Positions 12,801 to 27,209 of a stretch of 64,000 nucleotides of DNA are shown here, one piece after another. The notes beneath the pieces are model-generated. The model was not told where the DNA came from. It was given only the letters and a program-made list of their open reading frames with translations, and ran no database searches. Location of the stretch: positions 50,468,001 to 50,532,000 of the forward strand of contig OX597824.1 of NCBI GenBank assembly GCA_951406725.2. The letters are read 5' to 3'. This DNA is from Octopus vulgaris. Taxonomy: Eukaryota. The translations under genes were made by a program, and so were the position numbers. How positions within the stretch are numbered: position 1 is the stretch's first letter; the number at the start of each line of letters is the position of its first letter.

Positions 12801-13378
12801 GTATGTATATATATATATATATATATATATAGAACAATCTTACTTAGAAATGGATGCGTGCGTTCCGTCATATAATAAATTAAAAAATAAATAAAATAAA
12901 TAAAACATATGCATATATACATACATATATGTACATACCTACATCTACATGTATATATACATGCATATATGGGTACAGGACACCAAAAAAACGTCGAACA
13001 CAATGAGAAACGAAAACATAAACACAAAACCAAAGAAATGGACATTTTTCTTAAACAACGAAAAAATAGAGTACAGGACATACAAAACAAGGAAAATTCC
13101 CCTTCTTCAGTCGCCTTTGTTTCATCTACTCCACGTTTCGAAGGTCAAGGCGATACATGACTTCGTTGAAACAATCCTTCTCGCGAAAATCAAATTAAAT
13201 AAAATTTGAGATTTTTTGGCGGAGGGGTAAAAATGGTAACAAAAACAGGACAGTAACGACAGTACAAAATGTAAACAGTAAAAGACAGGACAAGGAGAAT
13301 AACAGTAACACAAACAAGAAGGGTTGTTAAGCCGAACGAGATAAAAAATTTTACGAACGCTATTTTTTGAGAACATTA

Positions 13379-13458
<80 letters not shown>

Positions 13459-13847
13459 ATGAATGTATATATATATATAAATTGAGGATATAATCATTGA
13501 CATGATTACATTAGTGGCTAGCGTTTAAAAAACCACCATATCGGTAAAATTAATTTTTAAGCATATAATTATAAAAATATAATTATACCTACTGGGAATG
13601 ACCAAGTTTAAGAGAATCTTACATTGCTTATAAACACTATATTTGGATAGACTCATATTAAACTCTGTTGGACCTTTGGATTTTACTCAAAGGATATTAG
13701 AATATTGCATATATACCATTATGCCAATAAAACGGATTTACGAATTTAATACCCATACATATCTTACATTTATTTTCTTTCCTCCACCTCAACTCTCTAT
13801 TTGTATCACATCGAAACTAAAAATGAGTTAATTTTTCCTCTCACACC

Positions 13848-13899
13848 GTCTCCGATGAAGGGATATTATTAATTAATATCCTAGAAACAGCTGTAAGAC
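13848..13899 (+). ncRNA. Type I hammerhead ribozyme (U4C variant)
   Basis: gtct CCGATGA a gggatatta..taatatcct a GAAA cagctg TA agac. Confidence 0.75.
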
Positions 13900-14134
13900 C
13901 TTCTCTCTATAAATGCTCTAATATCTATACAGCCTTGGTTTTTTATCTTATTACGCAAAAAATTCTTATATACACATGCTGACATAGAACCAACATTGAA
14001 CCCTTTATTCGCAATATTACCGAATCTGGAACGTAACTATGGTCTGTCTATAGCACTTATTCAGCATTACCTGACACCTTTGGGTCTTAATGACACTGTT
14101 ATCTCTTATAAACTATACTTTAAAATATGTATGT

Positions 14135-14542
14135 GTAGGAGTAGCTGTGTGGTGAGTAGCTTTCTTACTAACCACATGGTTCCGGATTCAGTCCCACGGC
14201 ACGACAACTTGGGCAAGTGTCTTCTACTATAGCCTCGGGTCGACCAAAGCCTTGTGAGTAGATTTGGTAGACGGAAACTGAAAGAAGCCCGTCGTGTATA
14301 TATATATATATATATGTGTGTGTAAGTATGTTTGTGTGCATATGTTTGTGTGTCTGTGTTTGTCCCCTCAACATCGCTTGACAACCGATGGTGGTGTTTA
14401 CGTCCCCGTAACTTACCGTTTCAGCAAAAGAGGCCGATGGAATAAGTACTAGGCTTATAAAGAATAAATCCTGGGGTCGATTTGCTCGACTAAAGGCGGT
14501 ACTCCAGCATAGCCGCAGTCAAACAAGAATAAACGAATAAAA

Positions 14543-14545
<3 letters not shown>
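14135..14545 (+). mobile_element. SINE family A (tRNA-like head, internal microsatellite)
   Basis: Head gtaggagtagctgtgtggt..ggttccggattcagtccc and tail ccagcatagccgcagtc. Multiple copies in the window. Confidence 0.8.
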
Positions 14546-14601
<56 letters not shown>

Positions 14602-14756
14602 AATACACACTCACATCCACACACACGTATACACTCATGTAAACATGTACATGATTTTGTATGTATGTTTGTGTATAATTAAGGAAGATTTCCAGTGGGG
14701 TCTGCTGCATGAGAATGTTGTAAGATATTTCGATAGTGTGTCTATGTGTGTTTCGA

Positions 14757-14796
<40 letters not shown>

Positions 14797-14844
14797 GTGT
14801 GTGTGTATGCATGTGTGTGTGTATGCATGTGTGCGTATTCTTGT

Positions 14845-15050
14845 GTCTCTGTTTGTTCCACCTCCCACCGCTTAACAACCGGTGCTGGTATATTTTCGTT
14901 CCCGTAACCTAGCAGTTCGGCAAAAGAGAGCGATAAAACAAGTTCCAGGCTTTAAAAAATATATACCGGGGTCATACATCGACTAAAAATTATTCAAGCC
15001 GGTGCCCCAGCATGGCCGCAATCTAATGACTGAATCAAATAAAAAGATTA
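14845..15050 (+). mobile_element. SINE family A, 3' part
   Basis: Homologous to 14355-14545. Confidence 0.7.
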
Positions 15051-15289
15051 AAAGAAAGAAAAAAAAAACGATATATATATAAAGAATTTTTGTGAACGAC
15101 CATTATATGGTACTTATAACTTCAAATAAACAATTCATCTATGAACATGTCAGAGCTATGATCGAATCAGCAAGTTTTATTTAGAGGCACTCAGCTGTGA
15201 TCAGGTCAGAACAATAATCAAGAAGTTGAATTTTAGGCAGTTATAATTTCTTACATTTTTTCATGAGTTAGCTGTAATTTGGAGGAGAC

Positions 15290-15610
15290 ATGGCTACGTA
15301 TCTTATCGTTCTCTTTAGCTGAAACACTAAGTTACGCAGAGGTAAACAAACCAACATTAGTTGTGGAGCAGTGGTGGGGAAAACACAAAATCCGAACGCA
15401 CACGCATACGTGAGACATACATACACACAAACGCATGCATACTCACAAACATTTAAACAAGCTTCTTCCAGTTCCCATCAACAAAATCCACTCACAAGAC
15501 TTTGGTTGGCCTAGGACTATAGTAGAAGACATTTGCCCAAGGTGCCACACAGGACTGAACCCGAAACCACCTGGTTGGGAAACAAACTTCTTACTACACA
15601 ACCACGCCTT
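15290..15610 (-). mobile_element. SINE family A, decayed
   Basis: aaatccactcacaagactttggttggc..ggactgaacccgaaacca matches family A. Confidence 0.65.
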
Positions 15611-15689
15611 AGAAAATATCACCTATTCTAGATTAATTAAATCACTCTTCAGTTTTTAAAAATAATTTAAGGTCACGTTTACACTATAT

Positions 15690-15890
15690 TTGTTTCAAAT
15701 TTTGATACAAGGCCAACAATTTCAAGGAAAGGGATAAGTAGATTACATCCACCTCAGTGTAAAACTGGTACTTATTTTATCAACCCCGAAAGGATGAAAG
15801 GTAGAGACAACCTCGGCGGAATTTAAACTCAGAATGTAAAAACAGATGAAATGTCATGCTAACGATTCTACTAGCTCACCGCCTTCCCAT
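15690..15890 (-). mobile_element. SINE family B
   Basis: Reverse complement of aaggcggtgagctagtagaatcgttagca..ttctgagtttaaattccgccgagg..aagtaccagt. Confidence 0.7.
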
Positions 15891-16479
15891 TTACACTATA
15901 TTGAACTTGTATTGTAGACAAATGGATGTAAATCTACTTCGGTGTCGCCTGATAGGGAAGTGACCGAAGCGTACCATGATTTATAATAGATATCAGGAGA
16001 TCAGAAATTATACGGGAAAATCTTAACCTCTAGGTAATTCGTAACTTATTTGCAGTACCTTGTAGCCCCCCCCCCCAAAAAAAAAAACAACAACTTTGCA
16101 TTAGATATTGGTGCCAACAAATTTCAGAAAACCCTATATAGTAGCACTCTTTTCTCTTTGTTCGAAAAGACATTTAAAGATACTTATAGTTCTCTATAAA
16201 GATACATATAACCATTCTATGTGCATATAGTAGTTCTATATACAAGTATGAGTGTGTATAGGTGCAGGCATGGCTGAGTAGTAAGAAATATGCTTGTCAA
16301 CCACTTGGTTCTGGGTACAGCCCCGCGATGAAACAAGTAAAAGATAAAGCATATATATATAGTAGTAGTAGTCACACAAAAGGAGGAAATTCGATTATCC
16401 CCACAAGGTGAATTGTAATGAGATAATGCATAAAATAAAATAAGGAGAATACACACACTTTAATATATTTTAAAATATA

Positions 16480-16660
16480 TTTTATGTTGTGTTTGTCGAC
16501 CGGTTTCGTTCCCACTAATCATGACTTTGAAATTTTTGAATTTCGTAATGAGGCATACAACACTTTTCTACAAAATCTACCTATGCTCACTAGAGATCCC
16601 AAAATGAAGAACATTCTGAAAACACAAATTTATCAAATGCAAAAAGCAAAACAAATCAAC
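16480..16660. mobile_element. PLE fragment: inverted HHR 3' half joined to an ORF piece
   Basis: Plus-strand NEAYNTFLQNLPMLTRDPKMKNILKT aligns with NEAFDTILHNIPLLKKDHRMNTILQT of the 1608 ORF. Minus strand has GAAA ccgg TC at 16497-16508. Confidence 0.65.
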
Positions 16661-16667
16661 ACAAATA

Positions 16668-16703
<36 letters not shown>

Positions 16704-17076
16704 TGTATGTATGTATGTATGTATGTATGTATGTATGTATGTATGTATGTATGTATATGTGTGTGTGTTTGTGTGTGTGTGTATGAGAATTTGTTGAAAA
16801 TGCACCTGAATTTGAAAAACTTGCAATTGTTTTTAAATGAAATTATTTACATACATGCCAAACTAGTTTCAGCAATTTTTTGTTTATCAATGGTATAACC
16901 ATATGGGATGTAATTTTTTTTTCTAAATTGCGAAATAGAAAACATGTTTAAATGATTAAATGTTCACAAAATTCAATAATATCAAAAATGATCGGCGAAG
17001 AATATAAAAAATGTGGATCAGTATATTTAAAAAAGAACCCAAGATGACAGAAACTGTAACAAAACCCTTTTCTTTA

Positions 17077-17158
<82 letters not shown>

Positions 17159-18409
17159 ACTCAGTATAACCGAACTTTTGGTGATTCACATGTTTTACAT
17201 TCTTCATTTTTGATATTATTGAATGAATAGTACTTGTATTCCAAAGGGCTAGCCTTGTCACACTGTATTTCGCTGATTCTACTTGAGAATAACGTTAAGG
17301 GTACACATGTCTGTGGAGTGCTCAGCCACTTGCACGTTAATTTCACGAGCAGGCTGTTCCGTTGATCGGATCAGCTGGAACCCTCGTCATGATAACGGAC
17401 GGAGTGCCAGTTTTTTTTCTTCTTATAAACCCACTACAACTGTATTTGCAGCTATAACACCACTTACATTGCTGCCCTACAACTCTCATAGTTATAACAC
17501 ACCGCACAAATATCGGTATCAAATTTTGGCACATGGCCAGCAAGTTCAAGAGAGGAGACAAGTCGATGACATCGACCCTAGTCCTAAACTGGTACTTATT
17601 TTATCGACCCTGAATTGATGAACGGCAAAGTCAAATCACAACTATCACCATCACTATCGTCATCGACTACACCGCTCTCACCGCCACCATCTCTTCCTCT
17701 GTCTTCACCAAAAACACCATCTCCGCCATCGCTACCATCGCCTTTTCCGTCATACTGCCACTACTACCACCACCACCACCACCACCACCATCGTCGTCAT
17801 TACTAACATCACCCTCGCTGGGATAACACCTACATCCGCTACACTCACCATTTGTCTTTGGCCGTTCGCCGCCCAGCGTCAGCACAGCCTTTTGCTCTAA
17901 TGCCATCTAAAAAGTCACCAGCTGACCGTCAAAGATGAAAGAGCAGACGACAAATAAAACAGCCATAAAACATGGCGGATAAAGCGAGAAACAATCAACG
18001 AAAACACAAACACATGCACACAGAAGGCAATAATAAACAACACAGAAACAGCTAATTAAAACATTTCACAAAATAAAAATAGAAATATGTTAAGTGAAAT
18101 AAAAGACAAACAATGTGCATGTTAAATAAATACAATAAAACATTAACACGGAAAAGGTCATGGATTCGGTTGTTGGAGAAGAATAGATGGGATGTGTTAA
18201 TTCTGATAATGTATGCGTAGGCGTGTGTGTGTGTATGCGTATTTATGTGTGTGAAATGTTGTGTGTGCGTGCCTATTTCTCTCTCTTCCCACTTCTCGCA
18301 TTCATTTTCTGTTTTGTACTCTCTCTTTCTTTCTCTCACATTTTACTATACATACATACATATATATATATATGTGTGTGTATGCGTCTGTGTGTGTGTG
18401 TGCGTGCGC

Positions 18410-18448
<39 letters not shown>

Positions 18449-18565
18449 CACACATATATATATACGTATATATATATATATATGTACATATATTTATATA
18501 TATGTATTTATGTATATACATACATATATACGTATATATATGTATATATATATACATATATATGC

Positions 18566-18599
<34 letters not shown>

Positions 18600-18624
18600 A
18601 TATATATATGTATATATATATATG

Positions 18625-18686
<62 letters not shown>

Positions 18687-19279
18687 TATATATATACATG
18701 CATATATAAATAGACACCCACACCCACACATGTATATATGTGTATGTTTGCGTGGGGGGGGGGGTATCAGCCCTCTGCCTGTTTGCACGACGCTGTCATT
18801 TATTTTCGTTCCTCCAGTTTTCCCTCTCCCTGCCTTTTAAGTTATCGATTTCCTTCTTATTCTCTCTGTCTCTTCCTTTTCATTCTCCATCACCCTCTCT
18901 CTATCTCTTTCACACTCAATCTCCCATACAGTTATTATTTTCTCTCTTTCTTGCTCTTCGTCTACCACCAACACCCTATTTCTCCCCGCTCTCTCTCTAC
19001 CTCATTTGTGCAATTTATTTCAATTATTTCTTTGACTTTCCTCTTTTCTTTTCCTCTTTCTTTTTTTCTTTTTCTCTTTTACTCTCATTCTGTTGCTTTA
19101 CATGCGCATTCATGTCATCATCACCAACGCCACTGCCACCACCATCATCACTGTCGGCGTCGTTGTCATCTTCATCGTCATTGACGACATCGTCGTTGTT
19201 ATCCTCCTCCTCCTCCTCCTCCTCCTCCTTGTTATCATTATCCTTATTTTCGTTGTCATTGTCCGTCATTGTTTTTATT

Positions 19280-19620
19280 AAGGCGCCGAGCTAGCAGGAT
19301 GGTTAGCAAGTCGGGCAAAATACTTAGCGTCATTCCTTCTGAGTGTTCTGAGCTCAAATCTCACCGAGGTCAATTTTGCCTTTTATCCTATACAGATCAG
19401 CAGAAAATATCAGTGAAATATTGAGTCAATGTAATCGACTTGCCTCTCCCCTCAGTATACACAAAGAAAAAAAATGTATAGCGGCATTTCCTTTGTCCTT
19501 ACGTTCTGAGTTCAAATTCTGCAGAGGTCGACTTTGGCTTTCATCCTTTCGGGATCGATCTAATCGACTGGCCTCCTCCCCCAAAATTTCAGGCCTTGTG
19601 CCTATAATAGGAAGGATTAT
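19280..19620 (+). mobile_element. SINE family B (two partial copies)
   Basis: aaggcgccgagctagcagg..ttctgagttcaaatt..ggccttgtgcctataatagg, then (TTA)n. Confidence 0.7.
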
Positions 19621-19628
19621 TATTATTA

Positions 19629-19695
<67 letters not shown>

Positions 19696-19697
<2 letters not shown>

Positions 19698-21478
19698 GTT
19701 GCGGAATACATAAGTCGTTCTTTCGAATAAGCTTCGTGAGTTATACTGTAAATTGTGTTTTTCACCCTGTCTTTATAAATATACGTTATTAATTTTTGTT
19801 ATAAACTGACAATAAGAACATCAGGAACCTTTTGGCAGGTATTCGGTTGTTGTTTCTGCACCGAAAGAGGCATTATTTGTTCATTTAATTATCTATTGCG
19901 CCCAGAAAATGTCCCATCTTGCGTAAAAGAAAAAACAACACAAACACAAAGCTGGCGTCGACATCATGACCATTACCTTTGCATCAGCGGCCATCATGGG
20001 AGCGTCGAGGGGGAAAGCTATTACTCTCACCAACCCTCCCACAAAAGAAGATTCCTCCCCTATCACTTACTCCCAACGACGACGACGACGACGATGACGA
20101 CAACAACAACAACAACAGTCTAAGCAATGAGAGGGCTCGCGGAGCGTGTGAAATCAGCAGCAGCAGCAACAGCAGGAATGCGAAGACGGAAAAGGAAGAG
20201 ACAGAAGATAGTAAAAATAACAGCAACGCTACAACAACCATCATGGACACCTGCGAAACAGAAATCACCAAAAAAAGCAAAAAAAGCAAAAAAAAAAAAA
20301 CAAACGACAAAGTTAAATGGTTTAAAGAACACCAACCAAAACAATAATCCCGCGAATTTTAAAAAAGAAATATGTTCGCTAGCTTTTGATGAAAAACCAA
20401 AAGAATTGGCCCAAGCCCGCAAAATCACGAAAATTGAGGTGGGACGGGGGTGGGGGTAAGGCAGCGGTTCTTGTACCTCCTGAATTGTTGGAAATGAAGG
20501 GAAAAACACTATTTATTTTAAATGTCTCGCGCAAGAGCAGGTGAGCTAAAACAGCATCTATATTTCAAGCCGAAGACGTTCTGAAGGACATCTTAGAAGG
20601 CGTGGCCCACTTACTTAGAGGCAAACAATATGTCAGCATCGAGGTCCACTTCAAAAATGAGGAACTCGCACGTAAACATCCAGTAATTCTCCGATGGAGG
20701 GAGGAGTGGGTCCTGTACCAAACTTACTTCTCAAACAGAACTGCCAGAATAAAAATGCCAGGCGTTCCGTAAGGCGTGAATGTCTGGTGGATCGTAGTGT
20801 GCGTGGTAGATCCAGAGTTACTCCTAGAGGGGAAACGGAGCAGCAGGGAAAACTGACTCGAGATAATCATTGAAGCACTGTTCCTTCTGAATCGAGAAAA
20901 CATGGAAATATCCCGGACCTTATACAGCTGCCCAAAGAGGTTCACTTGCATGTTATAATAGAAGGCAGAAAGTCCAAGTGCGACATTTGTGGGGCCACAA
21001 ACCACCTCAGGGCTTTCTACCCAAAAAAGGCAGGAGGCACGAGGCCACTCCCACCACCCAAAGAAAATACTCAACAACAGCAACAACTGAGACAATATGT
21101 CACATGCAGCCTCATTTTCTGGTGAAGCACAGAGACAATAGAGATAACTACCCTGGGTGTCTTCCAAACAAGTAATACGTTTTCCCTCTCTCAAGCACAC
21201 ACTCACACAGCGACGCTCACACAAACACAAACAGAATCACAGACCCCGAGACTGATTCCACAGACACTGGTGCCTCTACATCGCGTAGCAAAGACGAGGA
21301 GGAACCACAAAAAGCAAAAAAAAACCAAAAGACAACGCAGAGGAAAAGTACTTGGCCCGACACCAACAATAGAATGTTCCAGTGTAAAAGCAACAGACAT
21401 ATCTAAAACAACACCGGCTCCACCGTCCACACCAACACTATCGCAAGCCTATTTCATCCTCAAAACATAGCAGACACG

Positions 21479-21533
<55 letters not shown>

Positions 21534-24304
21534 AACAGTCAATCACTGAAACTTCCGATTTCGTGCCGATGAGGAGAGACAACAAAAATTTGATAGACCG
21601 CATAGTCGGAGATAAGGAATTTGCGAGAGAGGCTGCAATACATGACACCAGCAACCTTAGGGCTCCGGAAAGTACGGATGCCACTGAAGACCTACACAGA
21701 CATTAGGGAAGCTTTCCTTAACGACGTGAGAAATCCTAATGTCAAGGCCACGAAGAAACATTTGCAGGATTTCCCAGAGGAACCACAACCAGATCCGGAA
21801 CCCGCGTCACAGGGCTGCCAACAGTATCGGGAGGAGAAACTCCTGCCAGTCATCTAGCTACCCACTGCACCGGCAGGGTAAGCAACCTCACTCTTTTTCT
21901 TTCTCACAGCTCTTTCCAATCGGCATGGGATTGATTAGAGGGGGTTGCGTAAATGTTCGTGTCCTGAGATCGCTTGGAAGCAGGGGCACCTGCTTAACGT
22001 CTTCAGGTCACTATCAAAGGATGTGGCGGCGATCAGCAAAACAAAGATTTCCGACACACGTAATGTGGCCGGATTTTTGACGATTTTGAGATTTACGTAT
22101 CTCTTAGTCGGCTTCGAAATGAGTGGGGCGAGCAGTGCTGTTTAAGAAAGGCCTGGATCTCGAGATACTAACGATCTTCCTGGATCTGGAAGGTACGATG
22201 GTGGTCCTGGAAGTGAGTAGCAGCGAAGGTGGTGCTTTTTGGCTAGTCGCTGTGTATGCCCCAACCGGGGTAGCCAGATTGCTACAAACGTTTGGAGGTT
22301 TGCCTTGGGACATCTCACTCTTTAGTTTTAGTGGGCGATTGGAACGCCACTTTGGACGCACGCCTGGATAGGTTTGGGCTAGCCGATAGGAGAGTGGGGT
22401 GCAAAAGTCTCACAAACCTGCACAGTCATTTCCAATTGGCTGACAGGTACCGAGTGGATTTCCCGAATAACCCAATGTGGACATGAGCAAACAACACCGG
22501 TTCTTCCCGATCGTATTTAGATAGGATATTCTGTATCGTATTTAGATAGGATATTCTGTAGGCTAGTAAATAGAAGCAGTATAGGTTGTCCACAGTTCAA
22601 AGTCATCAGCTACACAGACCACAAATTTGTGTTCTGCACGGTCGACCTAGATAGGATCCATAGACAGGACCCCGGGTACTGAAAGCTGAACGCATCTTTC
22701 CCGGCGCGTCAAACATTCAGAAATCGAGTTAGCGAGTTAGTCCATCGGAAGTTTTTGGTGAATAGCCCTGAAAAGGGCTATTAGAATAGAAGCAGGATGA
22801 TTTAGTAAGAAAATAGATTCCTTAGAGGAATCTAGGATAGAGGGAGAGTTAAAAAGCTAGAAGATACGCTTAGGGGAGGCATTGCGACTGACGTGCTGGC
22901 GGCGAGATTGGCTCTTGATCAGTTCTTCAATGCCAAGCATGAAGGTTGCATTGTCATGGCCCGAATGGCAAAGGTGCAACGTGGCAGCAAATCCACATTT
23001 CGGTCTTAGACGGGCTTGGACGGTCATATGCTACACGAGTCCAAGTAGATGTGTACGGAATTTCAGCGCCATTTCACCAAAGTGTTCGGGGCGCGCGGTG
23101 TGTCGGAGATGGAGGTGTTTTTTACCTCCTACCTCGATGGCATGCTGCGCCTTTTGGCCAGGGATGCGGAGTTCTGTGAAATGCCGATAACAGCCGAAGA
23201 CATAGGAGACGCGATGACGAGCTGCACAAAGAAGTCTCCGGGGCTAGATGGTCTGCCTTTCGAGCTTTATCTTCATATGCCAGACTTGTTCGGTGATCTC
23301 TTGGCAGGAGTCTGCCACTGCTGGTGAACAGGGGTGGGTGCCATTTGTCAAGCAGGATTTTCCACAGCTCGTTTCATTGATGGAGCTATAGTCTTGGATC
23401 AAATGTAGAGCAAGAAAGAGCGCTTGGCACCTGGAGTGTTGGGAAGCGCTCACAGCTTTCTGCCAGTCGGGCAACGCAGTCGGTGGGAGTTTCACTATGG
23501 AGTTCTATAGGGGATTAATGGTGGGCGAGAGCGACAGCGTCCTTGGGGAAAATCTGGGCGTTGGGAGAGATCAATTAACTGGTCTTTTCTGGATGACTTT
23601 AGGGCTAGGGCCTATGGATAACTTCCAGATATCCATGCCTGGCAGTGCTACCGGGATGCTCTGCCGGTTCGAGACAAGATCTACAGGCATGCATTCGTCC
23701 AGTGTCTGTGGATTACTGACTTGTGAAGCTTTGACGAACAGCTGCTATCGCGTGTAGGATGGATCCGGTATTCAGCCGAGTCCATCGTGAAGATCTCCCC
23801 GCCGCTATCTTTTGGCCGGGAAGGAAAGGCAGTTTTCCTCTGTGGCTATGGCGAAGGAGGTAGTGTGGTGGACGAGACTGAGAGAACTGAAGACAGATAC
23901 TTTCCTATTCGGCCGAGCTCTCATCGACTTTTTCAATTTCCACTTGGAAAGGAAAGTGAGAGTAGAGAGGGAAATTCTGACCCCCCAGTAAATTTGTTGA
24001 AAGGTGGGTGTATGTGATGAGGATAGTCCGTGTATATGGGCCTACTCCGAACTTTCCTTTGTAAACCGGAGGGGATAAGAAGGAAGGAGGTGCCTGCTGA
24101 GGTGCACCTGACGGTCGGGATAACCAGGTTGTGTGGGTTTCTGCGGTTGTTCCTGTAAGAACTCCCTTCTTTTGGGGAATTTTAATTTTTAAATTGTTTT
24201 GTTATTTGTTTTGTTACTTATATATATGGTATTGTTCAACACCCAACTTGTCCCTTGTATTGTATTGTATTGTTTTGTGTTCAGCCCTTGTGGCCAATAA
24301 AAGA

Positions 24305-24307
<3 letters not shown>
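19696..24307 (+). mobile_element. Tx1/L1-clade LINE, near full length, decayed with an internal RT deletion
   Basis: ORF1 remnant (IEGR..KCDICG), APE remnants (WLVAVYAPT, LVGDWNATLD, YLDRIF, TDHKF), KSPGLDGLPFELY, and 3' AATAAA. (TAT)n on both sides. Confidence 0.8.
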
Positions 24308-24367
<60 letters not shown>

Positions 24368-24385
24368 CATTATTATTATTATTAT

Positions 24386-25388
24386 TGAGTGAGAGAGCAG
24401 TGCATGCTATCAAAGTGACACTGGGGTACAAATATACGGAGCCAATATACACACCATGACTTCTCCTCTGATAAGCGTACACCAGGCACATACATCACAA
24501 CCATATGTGCATGGCATGGTGATCTTATATCAAGATAAACAGCGCATGACCTTGCAGGTGGGGCTCAGTTAGAATTTTCTTCAGCTTTAGTAGCCCATCC
24601 TGCTCAAAAGGTGCCTGAATAAGGTTTGTTTAAAGATAATTGTTTCCAGAGGTGAATTATTCAAGCACCAAAGCATTCCTCTCAACACGTGGCTATGATG
24701 CTCCCTATTACTTCTGCTCGTGATCAGAGGTGCACATATCGTCAACCACTAAGAGACATGTTCAAATGGTTGATTGACAAGCAAATCTGTGGTATTGAGC
24801 AGAATATTTGCTGTATCCCATCTTTTATAACAAGGCAAAACAATGTACATGATAATAATTCCAATCAGCTAAGATCAAAATCCAGGAAAGCCACCTATTA
24901 TTGTTATCATTATTATTATTATTGGGTGAGAGGGCAGTGCATGCTATCAAAGAGACATGGGGTAAAATATACGAAGCCCAGTGAACACATTATTACTACC
25001 CGTCTGATAAGGGTACACCAGGGACATGCATCACAAACATATATGCACGACATGGCGATCTCATATGAAGACAAACAGCGCATGACCTTGCAGGTGTGGC
25101 CCAGTTAGATATTTTTTAGGTCGAGCAACCCGTCCCGCTCAAAAGGTGCCTAAATAAGAGTCGTTTAAGAATGATGAACGAAACACCCATGTTTCCAAAG
25201 GTGAATTATTTAACCTCCAAATAATTCCTCTCAGTTTATGGCTATGATGCTCCCCAACTACATGCCCAACTAGTTAAGATCAAGCAACTGACAAGCAAAT
25301 TTGTGGTACTGAGCAGAATATTTACGGTCGCCCATCTTTTATGCCATTACAAATCAATGTACGTGATAGCACTTCCAATCAGTTAAGA

Positions 25389-25390
<2 letters not shown>
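24386..25390 (-). repeat. Two tandem ~500-bp non-coding elements separated by (TTA)n
   Basis: 24386-24895 and 24922-25390 are homologous. A third copy lies in the opposite orientation at 58765-59242. Confidence 0.8.
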
Positions 25391-25448
<58 letters not shown>

Positions 25449-25454
25449 TTTACT

Positions 25455-25664
25455 AAGGAGGCGAGTTGAGAGAATCGTTAGCACGACCGGCGAAATGCTT
25501 AGCGGTATTTCATTTGCTGCTACATTCTGAGTTCATTCTGAGCCGACTTTGCATTTCATCCTTTCAGGGTCAATTAAATAAGTACCAGTTACGCACCAGG
25601 GTCCATGAAATCGACTAGTCCCCTCCCCCAAGTTTTAAGCCTTGTACCTACAGTAGAATAGATG

Positions 25665-25665
<1 letters not shown>
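25455..25665 (+). mobile_element. SINE family B
   Basis: aaggaggcgagttgagagaatcgttagcacg..aagtaccagttacgcac..ccttgtacc. Confidence 0.7.
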
Positions 25666-25729
<64 letters not shown>

Positions 25730-25749
25730 CATTATTATTGTTATTATTG

Positions 25750-27015
25750 CCTCCGTTTAGAGCCTCCGTTTCCGTAGTATATGGGCTGTACCCATCAAAG
25801 TTATCTTTTGTAGTTCACGGAGATTGGAGTTACCAGGGAGTTGCTTAATATACTTCTCAGCTCCCTTCTTTATCATTCCCAACGCACCAATTACTACTGG
25901 TATTATCGTAGTACTAAGCTTCCACGTTTTTGTGAGTTCAATTTGCTGATCTTTATAGTGAGAAAGCTTTTCGTATTCTTTTCTTGAGACATTTTGATCT
26001 TGTGGGACAGACATATCTATTAACAGACAAGTTCCTCTGTTGTAGTCCTTGATCACAATGTCGGGTCGATTTGAGTCAATTTTTCTGTCTGTTTGTATTG
26101 GGAAGTTCCAAAGGATTGTGACGCCCTCACCATTTACTACATCCTCTGAATGGTGCCTGTACCACTGGTGGGATTTAATTATGTAGTATTTACAAGCATT
26201 CCAGTGGATGTACTGCCCTAGTATGTCATATCTTATGAGGTACTCCTTTTCAGCGAGAACTGGGCAGCCAGAAACTACATGATCAATTGTCTCTGAATTT
26301 TCCGCAAGTTCTGCACGAGGGGTCAGATCCATCTTTAAGGGTGTTTGCATAGTAGTTTCTGGTAGGTAAGCTCTGATCTTACACTGCAATAACAAAAGCT
26401 TCTGTTTCCCCTTTCAGACCTGTCCCTTTTAGCCATTGGCGAGATAGATCTTGATCAATATCTAACTTGGACAGGCGGTTAGGGTATTTTCATGCAGTAG
26501 TTTACCTTTCCAGTTGTCTTCGATATTATTCATGCAAGCTTTCTTTGCTTTTTGTCTAATGTTTTTACATCAGTGATATGTTTGTCACTATTTTGATCTC
26601 GTTGGTCTTTCTGATTGTTAATTTCTGTCAGTATATGGGTGTCTTTGGCCATTCTTATTGTTAACATATAGGTCAAGAGACTTTTAAAATTTCTTACTAA
26701 GCTTCATGACTGAAGCTTGCATGGAATCTTCATACTTCAATGCAGTTCGCAAGACCACATCACTTGTTGGATTAGGGTACGTTTCAAGGCTTATTATTGC
26801 TGACTTGAAGGATTGCTCGAGCTGTATCAGGCCTCTTCCACCTATTTTTCTTGGGAGATAAATCCTGTAGAAATCTGATTTTGGATGGTGCATTCGGTAT
26901 CTTGTGAGGATTTTACGGATCTTTCCATCCGTATTCTGCATGTCAGTGAGTCTCCATTTAATGATACCGAAGCTATATGTGGTTACTGGTATAGCCAAAG
27001 AATTGATCGCATTTA
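25750..27015 (-). mobile_element. R4/Dong-clade non-LTR retrotransposon, 5'-truncated
   Basis: INAINSLAIPVTTYSFG, YLPRKIGGRGL, ETIDHVVSGC, ILWNFPIQTD..NRPDIV..LLIDMSVP..EKLSHY (PD-D/ExK RLE). Embedded in (TAA)n, the known Dong target. Confidence 0.9.
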
Positions 27016-27021
27016 TTATTA

Positions 27022-27113
<92 letters not shown>

Positions 27114-27116
27114 GTT

Positions 27117-27209
<93 letters not shown>

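Noticed and set aside
13095-13145. CTGAAGA and CGAAAC on the minus strand
   Set aside because: The order and stems do not give a convincing hammerhead.
24386-25390. CRISPR-like or retrozyme-like tandem array
   Set aside because: Eukaryotic context, two 500-bp units separated by a microsatellite, no spacers and no HHR found.
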